Shown here piece after piece: positions 35,961 through 45,444 of a stretch of 64,000 bases of DNA; position 1 is the first letter of the stretch; each line of letters begins with the position of its first letter. The stretch comes from a virus: the IMG/VR virus record IMGVR_UViG_3300045988_089718, positions 1 through 64,000 of that record. One strand, 5' to 3'. Position numbers and translations under genes: made by a program. The notes below the pieces were generated by a model that was given only the letters and a program-made list of their open reading frames with translations, made no database searches and was not told the DNA's origin.

Positions 35961-37500
35961 TGCAACTGATGGCTATAAGCTTGGTCATCATCGTATGTAC
36001 CCAGAGGGTACACAAATGGTCTATAGTAACTGGACTCCTAGAAGTAATCGTTACTTCCCAGAAGCCACAGAAGGCTCTGTAGTATTTGGTATTCAGTACT
36101 TTGTTAAGAAGTATTTGATCGAGGAATTTAACAAATGGTTTGCTCTTCCTAAGGAAGAAGCTATCAAGCAATTTGCTTATCGTGTAGGTAACTTTGTAGA
36201 CCTTAATCAGGTTGGAACAAAGCATATTGAGGAACTTTATGATTTAGGATATCTTCCTATCGAAATTAAAGCTCTTCCTGAGGGTTCCATCTGTCCTATA
36301 AGAGTACCTATGATGACTATTAAGAATACTCTTCCAAACTTCTTCTGGTTGACTAATTATTTGGAGACTTTGATTAGCTGTACTCTATGGCTTCCTTGTA
36401 CTTCTGCAACAAGTGCTCGTCTTTATAAGAAGAGACTTATGGAACATGCTAGAAAGACTGGATTCCCAGAAGATGTAAATCTAGGTTTCGCCTGTCATGA
36501 TTTTTCTATGAGAGGTATGGCAGGACTTGATGCTGCTATTATTTCTGGTATGGCTCATATGACTTCATTCTGTGGTAGTGAAACAATTCCTGCTATTGAA
36601 GCAGTAGAGCATTATTACAATGCAGATGTTACTAAAGAACTTGTAGCTGCGACTGTTCCAGCAACTGAACACTCCGTAATGTGTGCAGGAGGTGAAAATG
36701 ATGAGATTGAAACATATCGTCGTCTTATTAATGACCTATATCCAACGGGTATTATCTCAATAGTATCTGATACTTGGGATTTCTGGCAGGTAGTTGAAAA
36801 GTTTTTACCTAAGCTTAAGGCAGATATTATGAAACGTGATGGTCGAGTAGTAATTCGCCCTGATAGTGGTGATCCAGTAGATATTATTTGTGGTCTTCGT
36901 ACAAATCCTCACTATCATACTGCCATGAAAGAAGGTAAGTACTACTGTGATTTTAATCCATTTATGGATGATGATGAAAGTCATTATGTAGAAGTATCTG
37001 AAGGTCAGTATTATGGAGCATATTATATGCTAGGTAAAATCTTTGGATGGAATACTACTGTAAACGACTATCGTTATCCAAGTACCAAGGTAGGATTGCT
37101 TTATGGAGATTCTATCACTCTGGAACGTCAGCGTGATATTTATGCTCGATTAGAGAATGCTCATATGGCAGCTTGTAATCTTGTTCTTGGTATTGGTTCT
37201 TATACTTATCAGTTTAAGTCTCGTGATTCTTTGGGATTCGCAGTTAAAGCAACTGCTTGTATAATTAATGGAAGACTTATAGAAATCTATAAGCATCCAA
37301 AAACTGACGATGGAACAAAGAACTCTCTCAAAGGTCTTATTAGAGTTGAAGAAGAGAATGGCAAGTATGTCGCTTATGACCAGCAGACTAAGGATGCAGA
37401 ACTGCAAGGTTGTTTTAAAACAGTCTTTATAGATGAAGAATTAGTAAGAGAATATTCTCTTTCTGAAATTCGTGAACGTGTAAATTCAACATTAATATGA
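35947..37500 (+). CDS. nadV: Nicotinamide phosphoribosyltransferase family protein (NadV/Nampt, or Namat-type ADPR-PP:nicotinamide transferase), 517 aa
   Basis: Strong similarity by eye to human NAMPT blocks: ATDGYKLGHHRMYPEGTQMVYSNW ([24 protein letters not shown]), LPIEIKALPEGS (LPIEIKAVPEGF), FFWLTNYLETL (CYWLTNWIETI), HDFSMRG, SIVSDTWDFW (SVVSDSYDIY), VVIRPDSGDPVD (LIIRPDSGNPLD). Confidence 0.9.
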   Translation: MEIINATDGYKLGHHRMYPEGTQMVYSNWTPRSNRYFPEATEGSVVFGIQYFVKKYLIEEFNKWFALPKEEAIKQFAYRVGNFVDLNQVGTKHIEELYDLGYLPIEIKALPEGSICPIRVPMMTIKNTLPNFFWLTNYLETLISCTLWLPCTSATSARLYKKRLMEHARKTGFPEDVNLGFACHDFSMRGMAGLDAAIISGMAHMTSFCGSETIPAIEAVEHYYNADVTKELVAATVPATEHSVMCAGGENDEIETYRRLINDLYPTGIISIVSDTWDFWQVVEKFLPKLKADIMKRDGRVVIRPDSGDPVDIICGLRTNPHYHTAMKEGKYYCDFNPFMDDDESHYVEVSEGQYYGAYYMLGKIFGWNTTVNDYRYPSTKVGLLYGDSITLERQRDIYARLENAHMAACNLVLGIGSYTYQFKSRDSLGFAVKATACIINGRLIEIYKHPKTDDGTKNSLKGLIRVEEENGKYVAYDQQTKDAELQGCFKTVFIDEELVREYSLSEIRERVNSTLI

Positions 37501-37991
37501 TAAAAATTGTTGATGGAGATTTACTCCAATCAAATTTACCTCTTATAGCTCATCAAACTAATTGTTTGGGAGTAATGGGAGCAGGTATAGCTAAAGCTAT
37601 TAAAAATAAATGGAATAGTGTGTATATACAATACGCTAATTTTTGTAAACTTCTTAAATATTCTAAAGAATTATTAGGAAAATGTCAAGTATGTATAACA
37701 GGAGATGAACCTATTAATCTCGTAGCTAATTTATTTGGAGAATATTCTTTTACTGAATCAGTAGCTCCTTATGAAAATAGACATACTGATTATGATGCTC
37801 TTAAAAAAGCTTTATTAGATTTAAAAGACTTTTGTGAAGATAACGAGATTACAGAGATAGGTATTCCTTATAAATTAGGATATGGATTAGCAGGAGGAGA
37901 TTGGGATGGAGTAGTTTATCCTATGCTACAAGAACTTTTTGCTAATGATACAACAATGACTCTTTATATTTATAAATTATGCAACAATTAA
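37497..37991 (+). CDS. Macro-domain protein (Poa1p/TARG1-like ADP-ribose-processing hydrolase), 164 aa
   Basis: LIAHQTNCLGVMGAGIAKAI matches the H..N..G.MGAGIA signature of Poa1p/TARG1-type macro domains. ATG overlaps the nadV stop (ATGA); the stop overlaps the next gene. Confidence 0.65.
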   Translation: MIKIVDGDLLQSNLPLIAHQTNCLGVMGAGIAKAIKNKWNSVYIQYANFCKLLKYSKELLGKCQVCITGDEPINLVANLFGEYSFTESVAPYENRHTDYDALKKALLDLKDFCEDNEITEIGIPYKLGYGLAGGDWDGVVYPMLQELFANDTTMTLYIYKLCNN

Positions 37992-38788
37992 ATTTAGTAC
38001 ATCTAGAAGATAGTGATATTAAATATTCTATCTCTAGATTTCCTGATGGGGAAGTTCAAATTTCCTTAGAAGAATTCAGTCATAAGGAACAAGTATTAGT
38101 AAAATGTAGAGTTACTAATGCTGAAGACTTATTTATACTTATGCAAGTTTTAGATATTCTTGATAGACATGAAGTTCTATATAAGTTAAATATCTATTAC
38201 TTAATGAGTATGAGAATGGACCGAGTAATGGATTTCAATAGACCATTCACTTTAAAAATAGTCTTAAATATATTAAAAAATTGTAATGCAGAGACTATTG
38301 AAATTTTAGAACCTCATTCTGATGTTTATTATGATCCTAGATTCGGAGTTAAATTTATGCCTCTCTATGGTGAAAAGAATCCATCTAATAATACTTGGAA
38401 AGAATTTCAATTAGTTTTCCCAGATGCCGGAGCTGTAAAGAGAAATGAATTCAGATATAATCGCGTAGGAATTACTTGTAGTAAAGTTCGAGATTTAACT
38501 ACTGGGAAAATCTTAGAGATTAAAATAGATAATCCTGAAAGTATACAGGATAAATCTCTGTTAATTCTTGATGATTTATGTGATGGTGGTGGAACCTTCT
38601 GTGGTATTGCTAAAGCATTTAATGCTTTAGGTATTCCTAAAGAGCGTTTAAATATTGCAGTTACTCATATGGTAAATCCTAATGGTATAAAGAATCTGTC
38701 AGAAAACTTTAACCACGTATGGTTTACTAATTCTTACAAAGATTGGGATAATCTTCCTGAGAACGTTACAATGCTTAATGTTATCTGA
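37979..38788 (+). CDS. Ribose-phosphate pyrophosphokinase family protein (Prs, or Adps-type ADP-ribose pyrophosphokinase), 269 aa
   Basis: N-terminus SRFPDGEVQISLEE resembles the Prs RFSDGEVSVQINE block; PRPP/phosphoribosyl-binding loop LLILDDLCDGGGTF; shorter than canonical Prs (about 315 aa). Confidence 0.7.
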   Translation: MQQLNLVHLEDSDIKYSISRFPDGEVQISLEEFSHKEQVLVKCRVTNAEDLFILMQVLDILDRHEVLYKLNIYYLMSMRMDRVMDFNRPFTLKIVLNILKNCNAETIEILEPHSDVYYDPRFGVKFMPLYGEKNPSNNTWKEFQLVFPDAGAVKRNEFRYNRVGITCSKVRDLTTGKILEIKIDNPESIQDKSLLILDDLCDGGGTFCGIAKAFNALGIPKERLNIAVTHMVNPNGIKNLSENFNHVWFTNSYKDWDNLPENVTMLNVI

Positions 38789-38929
38789 TGTATGTTTTAG
38801 GACTTATTATAACTATTATTTTGGTAATAATTATAATTGATCCAAGATTAGATATTACAGATAACCAATGCATATTATGGTATTCAAATTTCGAAGGAGA
38901 ACGTTGTTATTTAATACTTTGGAATAAAA

Positions 38930-39256
38930 ATGATCATTATAAATAAAAATGAATTAGACCCTAATTTAATTCATGACATTAATTTAGAGTTAGAAGCGTT
39001 ATTTACAAATAATAGAACTTGGGAAATTAGTTCTAGTACTGGAGATTTAGATGATGCTTCAGATGTACGAATTGTTATTAAAGGTGAGGGACACTGTTAT
39101 ATTTCCACAATAGAGGATACTGAAGAATACGTCAGAGATTTATTGAATGGTTATAGAAAATCTCATAATTTTGATACTTTTTGTATGTCTACAACGTATT
39201 TTGATCCTGAAAAGAATGGAATAGTATTTGAATATGCAGATTACATATCTTTATAA
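38930..39256 (+). CDS. hypothetical protein (108 aa)
   Basis: ORF between the prs-like gene and RNase H. Confidence 0.5.
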   Translation: MIIINKNELDPNLIHDINLELEALFTNNRTWEISSSTGDLDDASDVRIVIKGEGHCYISTIEDTEEYVRDLLNGYRKSHNFDTFCMSTTYFDPEKNGIVFEYADYISL

Positions 39257-39258
39257 CT

Positions 39259-39672
39259 ATGTTACAGATTTATACTGATGGTGCTTATAAATCTTCTATT
39301 GACCAAGGAGGTATTGGAATAGTATGGATGAAGGATGATGAAGTATTTAAAAAGTACTCCAAAGGCTTTAAACATACTACTAATAATAAAATGGAATTAA
39401 TTGCTATGCTATGTGCTTTTAAGTCCATTAAAACTCCAATGGATGAAGTAGAATTTATAAGTGATAGTCAATATGTATTAGGATGTCTTACTAAAGGTTG
39501 GAAGAAAAAGAAGAATGTAGAACTCTGGAATATCTTAGATAAAGAATATGAAAGAGTTAAATCTTTAATAAAAAATATTAAATTTACCCATGTTAGAGGA
39601 CATCAAGATTGTTTTGGTAATAATTTAGCGGATGAATTAGCTAGTAATGCTAGCTTAGAATTATTAGAGTAA
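39259..39672 (+). CDS. rnhA: Ribonuclease HI
   Basis: YTDGAYKSS..GGIGIV, MELIAMLCAF, DSQYV, HVRGHQDCFGNNLADELA: the RNase H catalytic DEDD layout. Confidence 0.85.
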   Translation: MLQIYTDGAYKSSIDQGGIGIVWMKDDEVFKKYSKGFKHTTNNKMELIAMLCAFKSIKTPMDEVEFISDSQYVLGCLTKGWKKKKNVELWNILDKEYERVKSLIKNIKFTHVRGHQDCFGNNLADELASNASLELLE

Positions 39673-39890
39673 TGTATTTAGTATTATCAATAATAATTGT
39701 TTTTGCTGGTGCAGCTATTTATATTGGATCTGCATTTGCTGTTATAAACAGGTGGACTAGTAATAACGTCCCTATGAATATAGTATCAATATTGATATTA
39801 TTATGTCCAATTATAAATACATTATTAGCACTATATTATCTGTACCCTGAGTTAACAGAAACTTTAAGTAAAATTTTTAAAAATAATTAA
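39672..39890 (+). CDS. small membrane protein (72 aa)
   Basis: Two hydrophobic helices; start overlaps the rnhA stop. Confidence 0.4.
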   Translation: MYLVLSIIIVFAGAAIYIGSAFAVINRWTSNNVPMNIVSILILLCPIINTLLALYYLYPELTETLSKIFKNN

Positions 39891-40349
39891 TTATGGCTAA
39901 AGAAATTGTAAAAGCAACGGTAGACACTATTACTATTTATCGTACTACTGGTGGTAAAATTGCGGTAAAACGTAGTGACCGATTAAAACCAAGTAGATAT
40001 TTTGATGATATCAAAGATGCTCGTAAGTATACTGAGGAGCACTTTGAGGGTAATGTCTCAGAGTCTCTCTAAGACGTTTTCATTTCTAGAGTGATAAATT
40101 GTTCATGATTCTAAATTTAGAAGTTTGTAGGCTATTCTAGATGTGTCTATAACTAAATTATGGTATTTTACCTAGATAATTTTAATATTACACAGATGAT
40201 TAATTTTCTTTTAATTTTCAATTCTAGTTAAAATGAAGTATAAGGCAAAGCTTGAAAGACTTCGTCAGAAGCAGGTATGGTGGGATAAGCTCCCTCAGAC
40301 AGTAAAAAATGCATCAACAAGACCTGGCGGTATTGGATCAAAGTAATCT

Positions 40350-40667
40350 ATGATAATTAAAGAGTCTGATTTTGAATTAAAATCTTCAACAAATGATGAA
40401 AGTTGTCCTCATTGGGATTTATATATTATAAAGACTATTAATGCCAAATCTAAAACTAGAGAGGCTAGAGAGGAACTTACTTTAGCAGGATATGGATTAA
40501 CCTTATCTGGAGCTATGGCATCAATTGCTAGATATAGAGTAGCTAAAGCTAATCCTGAAAAAGCTTTAACTATGCAACAATATTTAGATTCCTATACAAA
40601 AGAACTTCATAGATTATATGATATTGTGGGGGAAACTCCTAATAATACTACTTTGATGGAGGAATGA
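40350..40667 (+). CDS. hypothetical protein (105 aa)
   Basis: ORF. Confidence 0.5.
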   Translation: MIIKESDFELKSSTNDESCPHWDLYIIKTINAKSKTREAREELTLAGYGLTLSGAMASIARYRVAKANPEKALTMQQYLDSYTKELHRLYDIVGETPNNTTLMEE

Positions 40668-40933
40668 TTAAATCCATTCCTATAACTACTTGGAGAGACG
40701 AACATCATAGAGACATTACGGTTTCTAAGATGTTCGTCTATGAACTTACAGCATATGCTCACTATAAAGATAGAGAAGAATTGCTAGGTAGTAAGTTTAT
40801 ATCTTCAAGTAAACCTCTTAAAGAGAGAGTGCAAGTTACTAAAAAGATTGGATATAGAATTATAAAATCCATTGATTTAGTATCAGCTCCTCTAGATTAT
40901 ATTATTAATAATTCCAAATTTAAAAAATTATGA
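40664..40933 (+). CDS. hypothetical protein (89 aa)
   Basis: ORF. Confidence 0.45.
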   Translation: MIKSIPITTWRDEHHRDITVSKMFVYELTAYAHYKDREELLGSKFISSSKPLKERVQVTKKIGYRIIKSIDLVSAPLDYIINNSKFKKL

Positions 40934-41364
40934 CAAACGTAAAACAGAAACTTGTAGATTACAGAGAAGGCAGTTTTGTAGACTTTGAAGGCAAAGATCA
41001 TTATTTCGTAGTATGTGCTGTTCTTAGAGAAAGTACTGTATTTGAAAATGTTACTAGAATTCTTAGTTTTGGAGTATCTTTCTGTAATCCAGTAGATAAA
41101 CATAACAATGAGCTTGGTAAGAAAATTGCTTATGGTAAAAGTGTTAGTGATAGAAATACCAATGTACTATTAGGTAGAGCAGGACTTCTTAATATTGATA
41201 CTGTGAAATACATACTTGATAACGAAGTCAATCACGTAAAGCAATATCCTGAGCAGTACAGTGTGTCTTATGCTAAAGCTAAAGATAAATATGAAAAATC
41301 TAAAGAGAAAGCTGAAGCTTTAACTCAGAAAGCAGCTTTATATAATAAGGCAGTAGCAGATTAA
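40930..41364 (+). CDS. hypothetical protein (144 aa)
   Basis: ORF. Confidence 0.5.
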   Translation: MTNVKQKLVDYREGSFVDFEGKDHYFVVCAVLRESTVFENVTRILSFGVSFCNPVDKHNNELGKKIAYGKSVSDRNTNVLLGRAGLLNIDTVKYILDNEVNHVKQYPEQYSVSYAKAKDKYEKSKEKAEALTQKAALYNKAVAD

Positions 41365-41696
41365 TGAAACTTTTAGATAGATTAATTTTAATATTAATTT
41401 TTATTACTATTATAGGGGCTACTATCTTTTTATATAGAGGATTTAAACCTACTACTGTAATGTCTACAGATACATTAGAAAGAAAAATAGACTCATTAAA
41501 TAGTAAGAAAAATTCTATTAAAGTTGATATCAATAAGTGTGATACTGCTATCTACTATAATAAAACTATCTATGTTAAAGAGAAGGACAATATTATTAAG
41601 CAGTCTCCTGATAGCGACATGCAGTTTTTCACAAACTACATTCAAGAAGTCGGGGGAAAACTTCTTATTGACACCGTATCAATTAAAAATAACTAA
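41364..41696 (+). CDS. hypothetical membrane-anchored protein (110 aa)
   Basis: ORF; overlaps 41572-41937 in another frame. Confidence 0.4.
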   Translation: MKLLDRLILILIFITIIGATIFLYRGFKPTTVMSTDTLERKIDSLNSKKNSIKVDINKCDTAIYYNKTIYVKEKDNIIKQSPDSDMQFFTNYIQEVGGKLLIDTVSIKNN

Positions 41697-41937
41697 TCTT
41701 ATTTTTAATGAGCATAAATATTTACTAGTAAATGATAGTCTACAAAAAATTCAAATAAATAACTACAAATCTTTAGTAAATACATTGGATAGTACGCTAA
41801 CATATAAAGATTATCAAATAAAGATTCAATCTGATAAAAATAATGAATTGTATATACAAAATAAAAAATTATCAAAATTGAATTATTTATTTGGAGGTAT
41901 AAGTATATTATCTATAATATGTGCTCTAATACATTAG
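41572..41937 (+). CDS. putative secreted or lipoprotein (internal ATG start MLKRRTILLSSLLIATCSFSQ)
   Basis: Signal-peptide-like start inside ORF 41524-41937; overlaps the previous ORF by about 125 nt in the +1 frame. Confidence 0.4.
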   Translation: MLKRRTILLSSLLIATCSFSQTTFKKSGENFLLTPYQLKITNLIFNEHKYLLVNDSLQKIQINNYKSLVNTLDSTLTYKDYQIKIQSDKNNELYIQNKKLSKLNYLFGGISILSIICALIH

Positions 41938-42145
41938 ATACTTACATAAAGGATACTGACGGTAAGAAATTTAAATTTCCAGATAGAGATTGTAAGAATT
42001 GTAAAAGATATAAATGCTTAGTAAATATGGACATGCTTAAATGTAATTTTGCTAAGTATGGATGCAGAAATTATAATCCTAGATAACTAAAATTACTAAA
42101 AATTGATAAATAATATTTACGCCTTGAAAAAGGATTACCATATTA

Positions 42146-42484
42146 TTGCGGAAATTTATTTATCAATTAATGGTTGTTTATAGTAAATTACTTGAGAAAT
42201 TTAATGATAGCTTAGGCTATGTAATATATGTATTCGAATTGTTAGATAATGAGGATAAGCTTAGAGAAAAGACTAAATACCTTATGTGTACCCAACCTCC
42301 TAATTGGAGTGCTGCTACTATAAATTATGGGGATATTGGTTATCTCGAAGTGAAGCCTGTAATAGCAGGGATAGATGAATGGTACGATGGAGACACACAA
42401 CAGAAATACAGATATAATAATATCTGGTTTATTAAGTTTGTCCCTCAAAGACCTAAAAACGTAGATGATATAATAATACAATAA
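42146..42484 (+). CDS. hypothetical protein (112 aa)
   Basis: ORF. Confidence 0.5.
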   Translation: MRKFIYQLMVVYSKLLEKFNDSLGYVIYVFELLDNEDKLREKTKYLMCTQPPNWSAATINYGDIGYLEVKPVIAGIDEWYDGDTQQKYRYNNIWFIKFVPQRPKNVDDIIIQ

Positions 42485-42500
42485 ATAATCTTTAAGATTT

Positions 42501-43487
42501 ATGACAACAGTTTTAGGTGATAAACTCAATCAAGCTTTTGAAGCTAAGAATAATGATGTAGAAACATTTCTCTGGAAAGGTTCCAGAAAAATTGTAGATG
42601 GTGAACGTATTCAGTCTTCCGTGAAAATGGTAGATATGACTGAAGAGGAATTACGTAAAGCATATAAACATTGTGAATCAATGCTTTATAGTGACAACTA
42701 TGAAAATCCTGGACGACGAGTTTTGTTGGAACAAATTGAAGACCAAAGAACTCGCTGCAACGCTGAGTTGTTCTTAATTTGGCTATTATATCCAGGTGAA
42801 GGCAGTACTAGACAAGGTATTGTAAGAACTAGTTTCTTTAATATGCTCAATCAGCAGATTACTGCTCAGGCAGAACAGTTTGCTAAAGAGAATGCAGAAA
42901 GTGGTGAGGGAGAAACAAATGTTAGTGCTATTGCAGAGACTCTCTTTAAAGAATGGACTCTTAATGATATTATGAATAGTGATGAAGATTCATTTACTAT
43001 GTTTGCTTCATTGCCTTTATATATTGTTAGAGAAGCTTGTTTATCTGCTTTAGGTAAGTGTATCCGTAAACATATTACTCTTACATTCATTACTGAGCTG
43101 GGATTGTGGTTTACACGTTCTGAATTACTAGAATTAAATAAGAAAGATGAGAATGGTCGTTTAGTAGATAGAATTAAGCAAGTTGCTGAACTTCTAAATA
43201 TTAAACTAAGAGATCCTAAGAATCCTGAAGATAGAAAGGGTCTTGTTTTAAAAATTGATGATAGAAAAGGCTTAACTCTAAAAGAGTTTAGTGCAATGCT
43301 TACATTCCGTAAGGATAAATATGATAAGCGTTATAATGATCTGACTAAAGTGCAATTAGAAACCTTAAGAGATAAAGTTTTACTGCATCTCGAAAATAAG
43401 GTTAGATGGCAAGCTTCAGAATGGGAGAAGCGTATTAAGCAAATCAAAGCAGTAGCTGATTACAATGGCTACAAACTCTCTGATTGA
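42501..43487 (+). CDS. hypothetical protein (328 aa)
   Basis: Long ORF immediately upstream of the helicase, overlapping it by 23 nt. Confidence 0.6.
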   Translation: MTTVLGDKLNQAFEAKNNDVETFLWKGSRKIVDGERIQSSVKMVDMTEEELRKAYKHCESMLYSDNYENPGRRVLLEQIEDQRTRCNAELFLIWLLYPGEGSTRQGIVRTSFFNMLNQQITAQAEQFAKENAESGEGETNVSAIAETLFKEWTLNDIMNSDEDSFTMFASLPLYIVREACLSALGKCIRKHITLTFITELGLWFTRSELLELNKKDENGRLVDRIKQVAELLNIKLRDPKNPEDRKGLVLKIDDRKGLTLKEFSAMLTFRKDKYDKRYNDLTKVQLETLRDKVLLHLENKVRWQASEWEKRIKQIKAVADYNGYKLSD

Positions 43488-44754
43488 AGGAGAATTATTT
43501 CATAAAATCACTAGAGATGAACGACAAGAAGAGTGTCGTAGAAAATGGATAAAAAATCGTTGTGTAGGGACAATAGTTGCATCTACTGGATTTGGTAAGA
43601 GCAGAATAGGACTAAACTGTATTAAGACAGTGCTAAAACACTTCCCTCAATATCGAGTACTAATAATTGTACCAACAGAAACTTTACAAAAACAATGGTG
43701 TGGTCATATAGATTCTAATGGGCTAGGATTAAGTTGTGATGTACAAATAATAAACACTGTAATAAAACATCCTGCCAAATATGATCTTTTAGTACTGGAT
43801 GAGGCGCATAGATATGCAGCTGAGACTTTTGTAAGGCTATTTGAAGTAATAAAATACCAATTTATCTTAGGTCTTACAGCTACTTTTGAGCGTCTTGATG
43901 GTAGAGATAAAATATTAGCAAAATACTGTCCAGTAATTGATACTATTGATATTAATACTTGTCTTGCAAATGGTTGGGTTAGCCCATATAAAGAATATCT
44001 AGTCTTAGTAAATGTTGATGATTTAGAAGAATATGAAAAAATAAATAAAGAATTCATTTCTCATTTTGAATTCTTCGGATTCTCTTGGGAGTTAGTTAAT
44101 AAATTAGCTGGTCCTATGGGTTGGCGAAATAAACTGCTCCTAAGAGATTCTATGTGTAGTGATCCTAACAAGAAATCTGAAGTACTACAAAATATAAATT
44201 ATCATGCTATCAGATTTTGGTCTACTATGCATGAAAAGAAAGCTTTCATAAACAATCATCCAAAGAAAATTGAAATAGTAAAGAAAATTATAGAAGCTAG
44301 AAAGGATAAAAAAATAATAACTTTTGCTAATAATATTAAAATGGCAGAAAAAATTCCTAATGCTACTGTATATTCTAGTAGAACTTCTAAAAAGAGAAGT
44401 GCTACAGCTATTGAAGATTTTAACTCTGGAAAGATAACTCTATTATCTACAGTAAAAAAAGCTGATGAAGGACTTGATGTAAAAGGTCTTTCTGTAGCAA
44501 TTATATTTGGATTAGATAGTTCAACTACTAGAGCTTGTCAACGAAGAGGAAGATCAATCCGATTTGAAAAAGGTAAGACAGCAGAGATATTCAATATAGT
44601 ATTAAATAGGACTCAAGAGACTAAGTGGTTTTATGATTCTCATAAAGGAGATTCTTTTATAACTATAGACGAATCAGAATTGGATAAAGTATTACAAGGT
44701 AAAGACTTTACCCCAGGTGAAAAGATAGTTCCTAAATTTGATTTTAGATTCTGA
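43465..44754 (+). CDS. Superfamily 2 DEAH-box helicase (429 aa)
   Basis: Motif I VASTGFGKS, motif II LVLDEAHRY, motif VI QRRGRSIR. Confidence 0.75.
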   Translation: MATNSLIEGELFHKITRDERQEECRRKWIKNRCVGTIVASTGFGKSRIGLNCIKTVLKHFPQYRVLIIVPTETLQKQWCGHIDSNGLGLSCDVQIINTVIKHPAKYDLLVLDEAHRYAAETFVRLFEVIKYQFILGLTATFERLDGRDKILAKYCPVIDTIDINTCLANGWVSPYKEYLVLVNVDDLEEYEKINKEFISHFEFFGFSWELVNKLAGPMGWRNKLLLRDSMCSDPNKKSEVLQNINYHAIRFWSTMHEKKAFINNHPKKIEIVKKIIEARKDKKIITFANNIKMAEKIPNATVYSSRTSKKRSATAIEDFNSGKITLLSTVKKADEGLDVKGLSVAIIFGLDSSTTRACQRRGRSIRFEKGKTAEIFNIVLNRTQETKWFYDSHKGDSFITIDESELDKVLQGKDFTPGEKIVPKFDFRF

Positions 44755-44832
44755 ATCTATGTATTAATATCGCTCTGAGAAGAGATTAACTTAATTACAG
44801 TATGGAAGACTTTTAATTATCCGAATTACTGT

Positions 44833-45444
44833 ATGTTTGATTTAAACATTGATGAAGAAATAACAATTTTAGAAAAATATAATATTACTCCTACTGAGTT
44901 ATTTGTTGTTAAAGCTATAAATGCTTATATAGAAGATTATTCAGAAGATTATCTTCGTAGGTATTTAGCTATTGATAAAAAGTATGTAGGAAGTTTTATA
45001 GATGTACTTAAATCTTTACAAGATAAAGGTCTTATCCTTAAAAGTTATAAAATTATTCCAGGAATGAAATTAATTCCTGAAGAGATACCATTTAATAAAA
45101 ACTTCTTAAAATGTTTAGCTAAGAGCTCCTTTGAAATGGGAAAAGAACTTAGAGAACATTATCCTAGATTTAGAAATATTAATGGATGCTTAACTAGTAT
45201 GCTAGGTGTTTCTAAAAAGTTTAATAGTCTTGAAGATGCTTATAGAACTTATGGAAAGAAAATTCATTGGAACGAAGAACTTCATAAAAAGATTATTGAC
45301 TTACTAGATTGGGAAGCTAATACTGATAATGGTATTATTAATTATAGCTTAGCTACATTTATTGTGGATGAAAAATGGGAAGATCTTGAAGCTTTAAAGA
45401 ATGGAGACACTGGAATGGATTGTAATACTGTTGCAACTCTGTGA
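44833..45444 (+). CDS. hypothetical protein (203 aa)
   Basis: ORF. Confidence 0.55.
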   Translation: MFDLNIDEEITILEKYNITPTELFVVKAINAYIEDYSEDYLRRYLAIDKKYVGSFIDVLKSLQDKGLILKSYKIIPGMKLIPEEIPFNKNFLKCLAKSSFEMGKELREHYPRFRNINGCLTSMLGVSKKFNSLEDAYRTYGKKIHWNEELHKKIIDLLDWEANTDNGIINYSLATFIVDEKWEDLEALKNGDTGMDCNTVATL

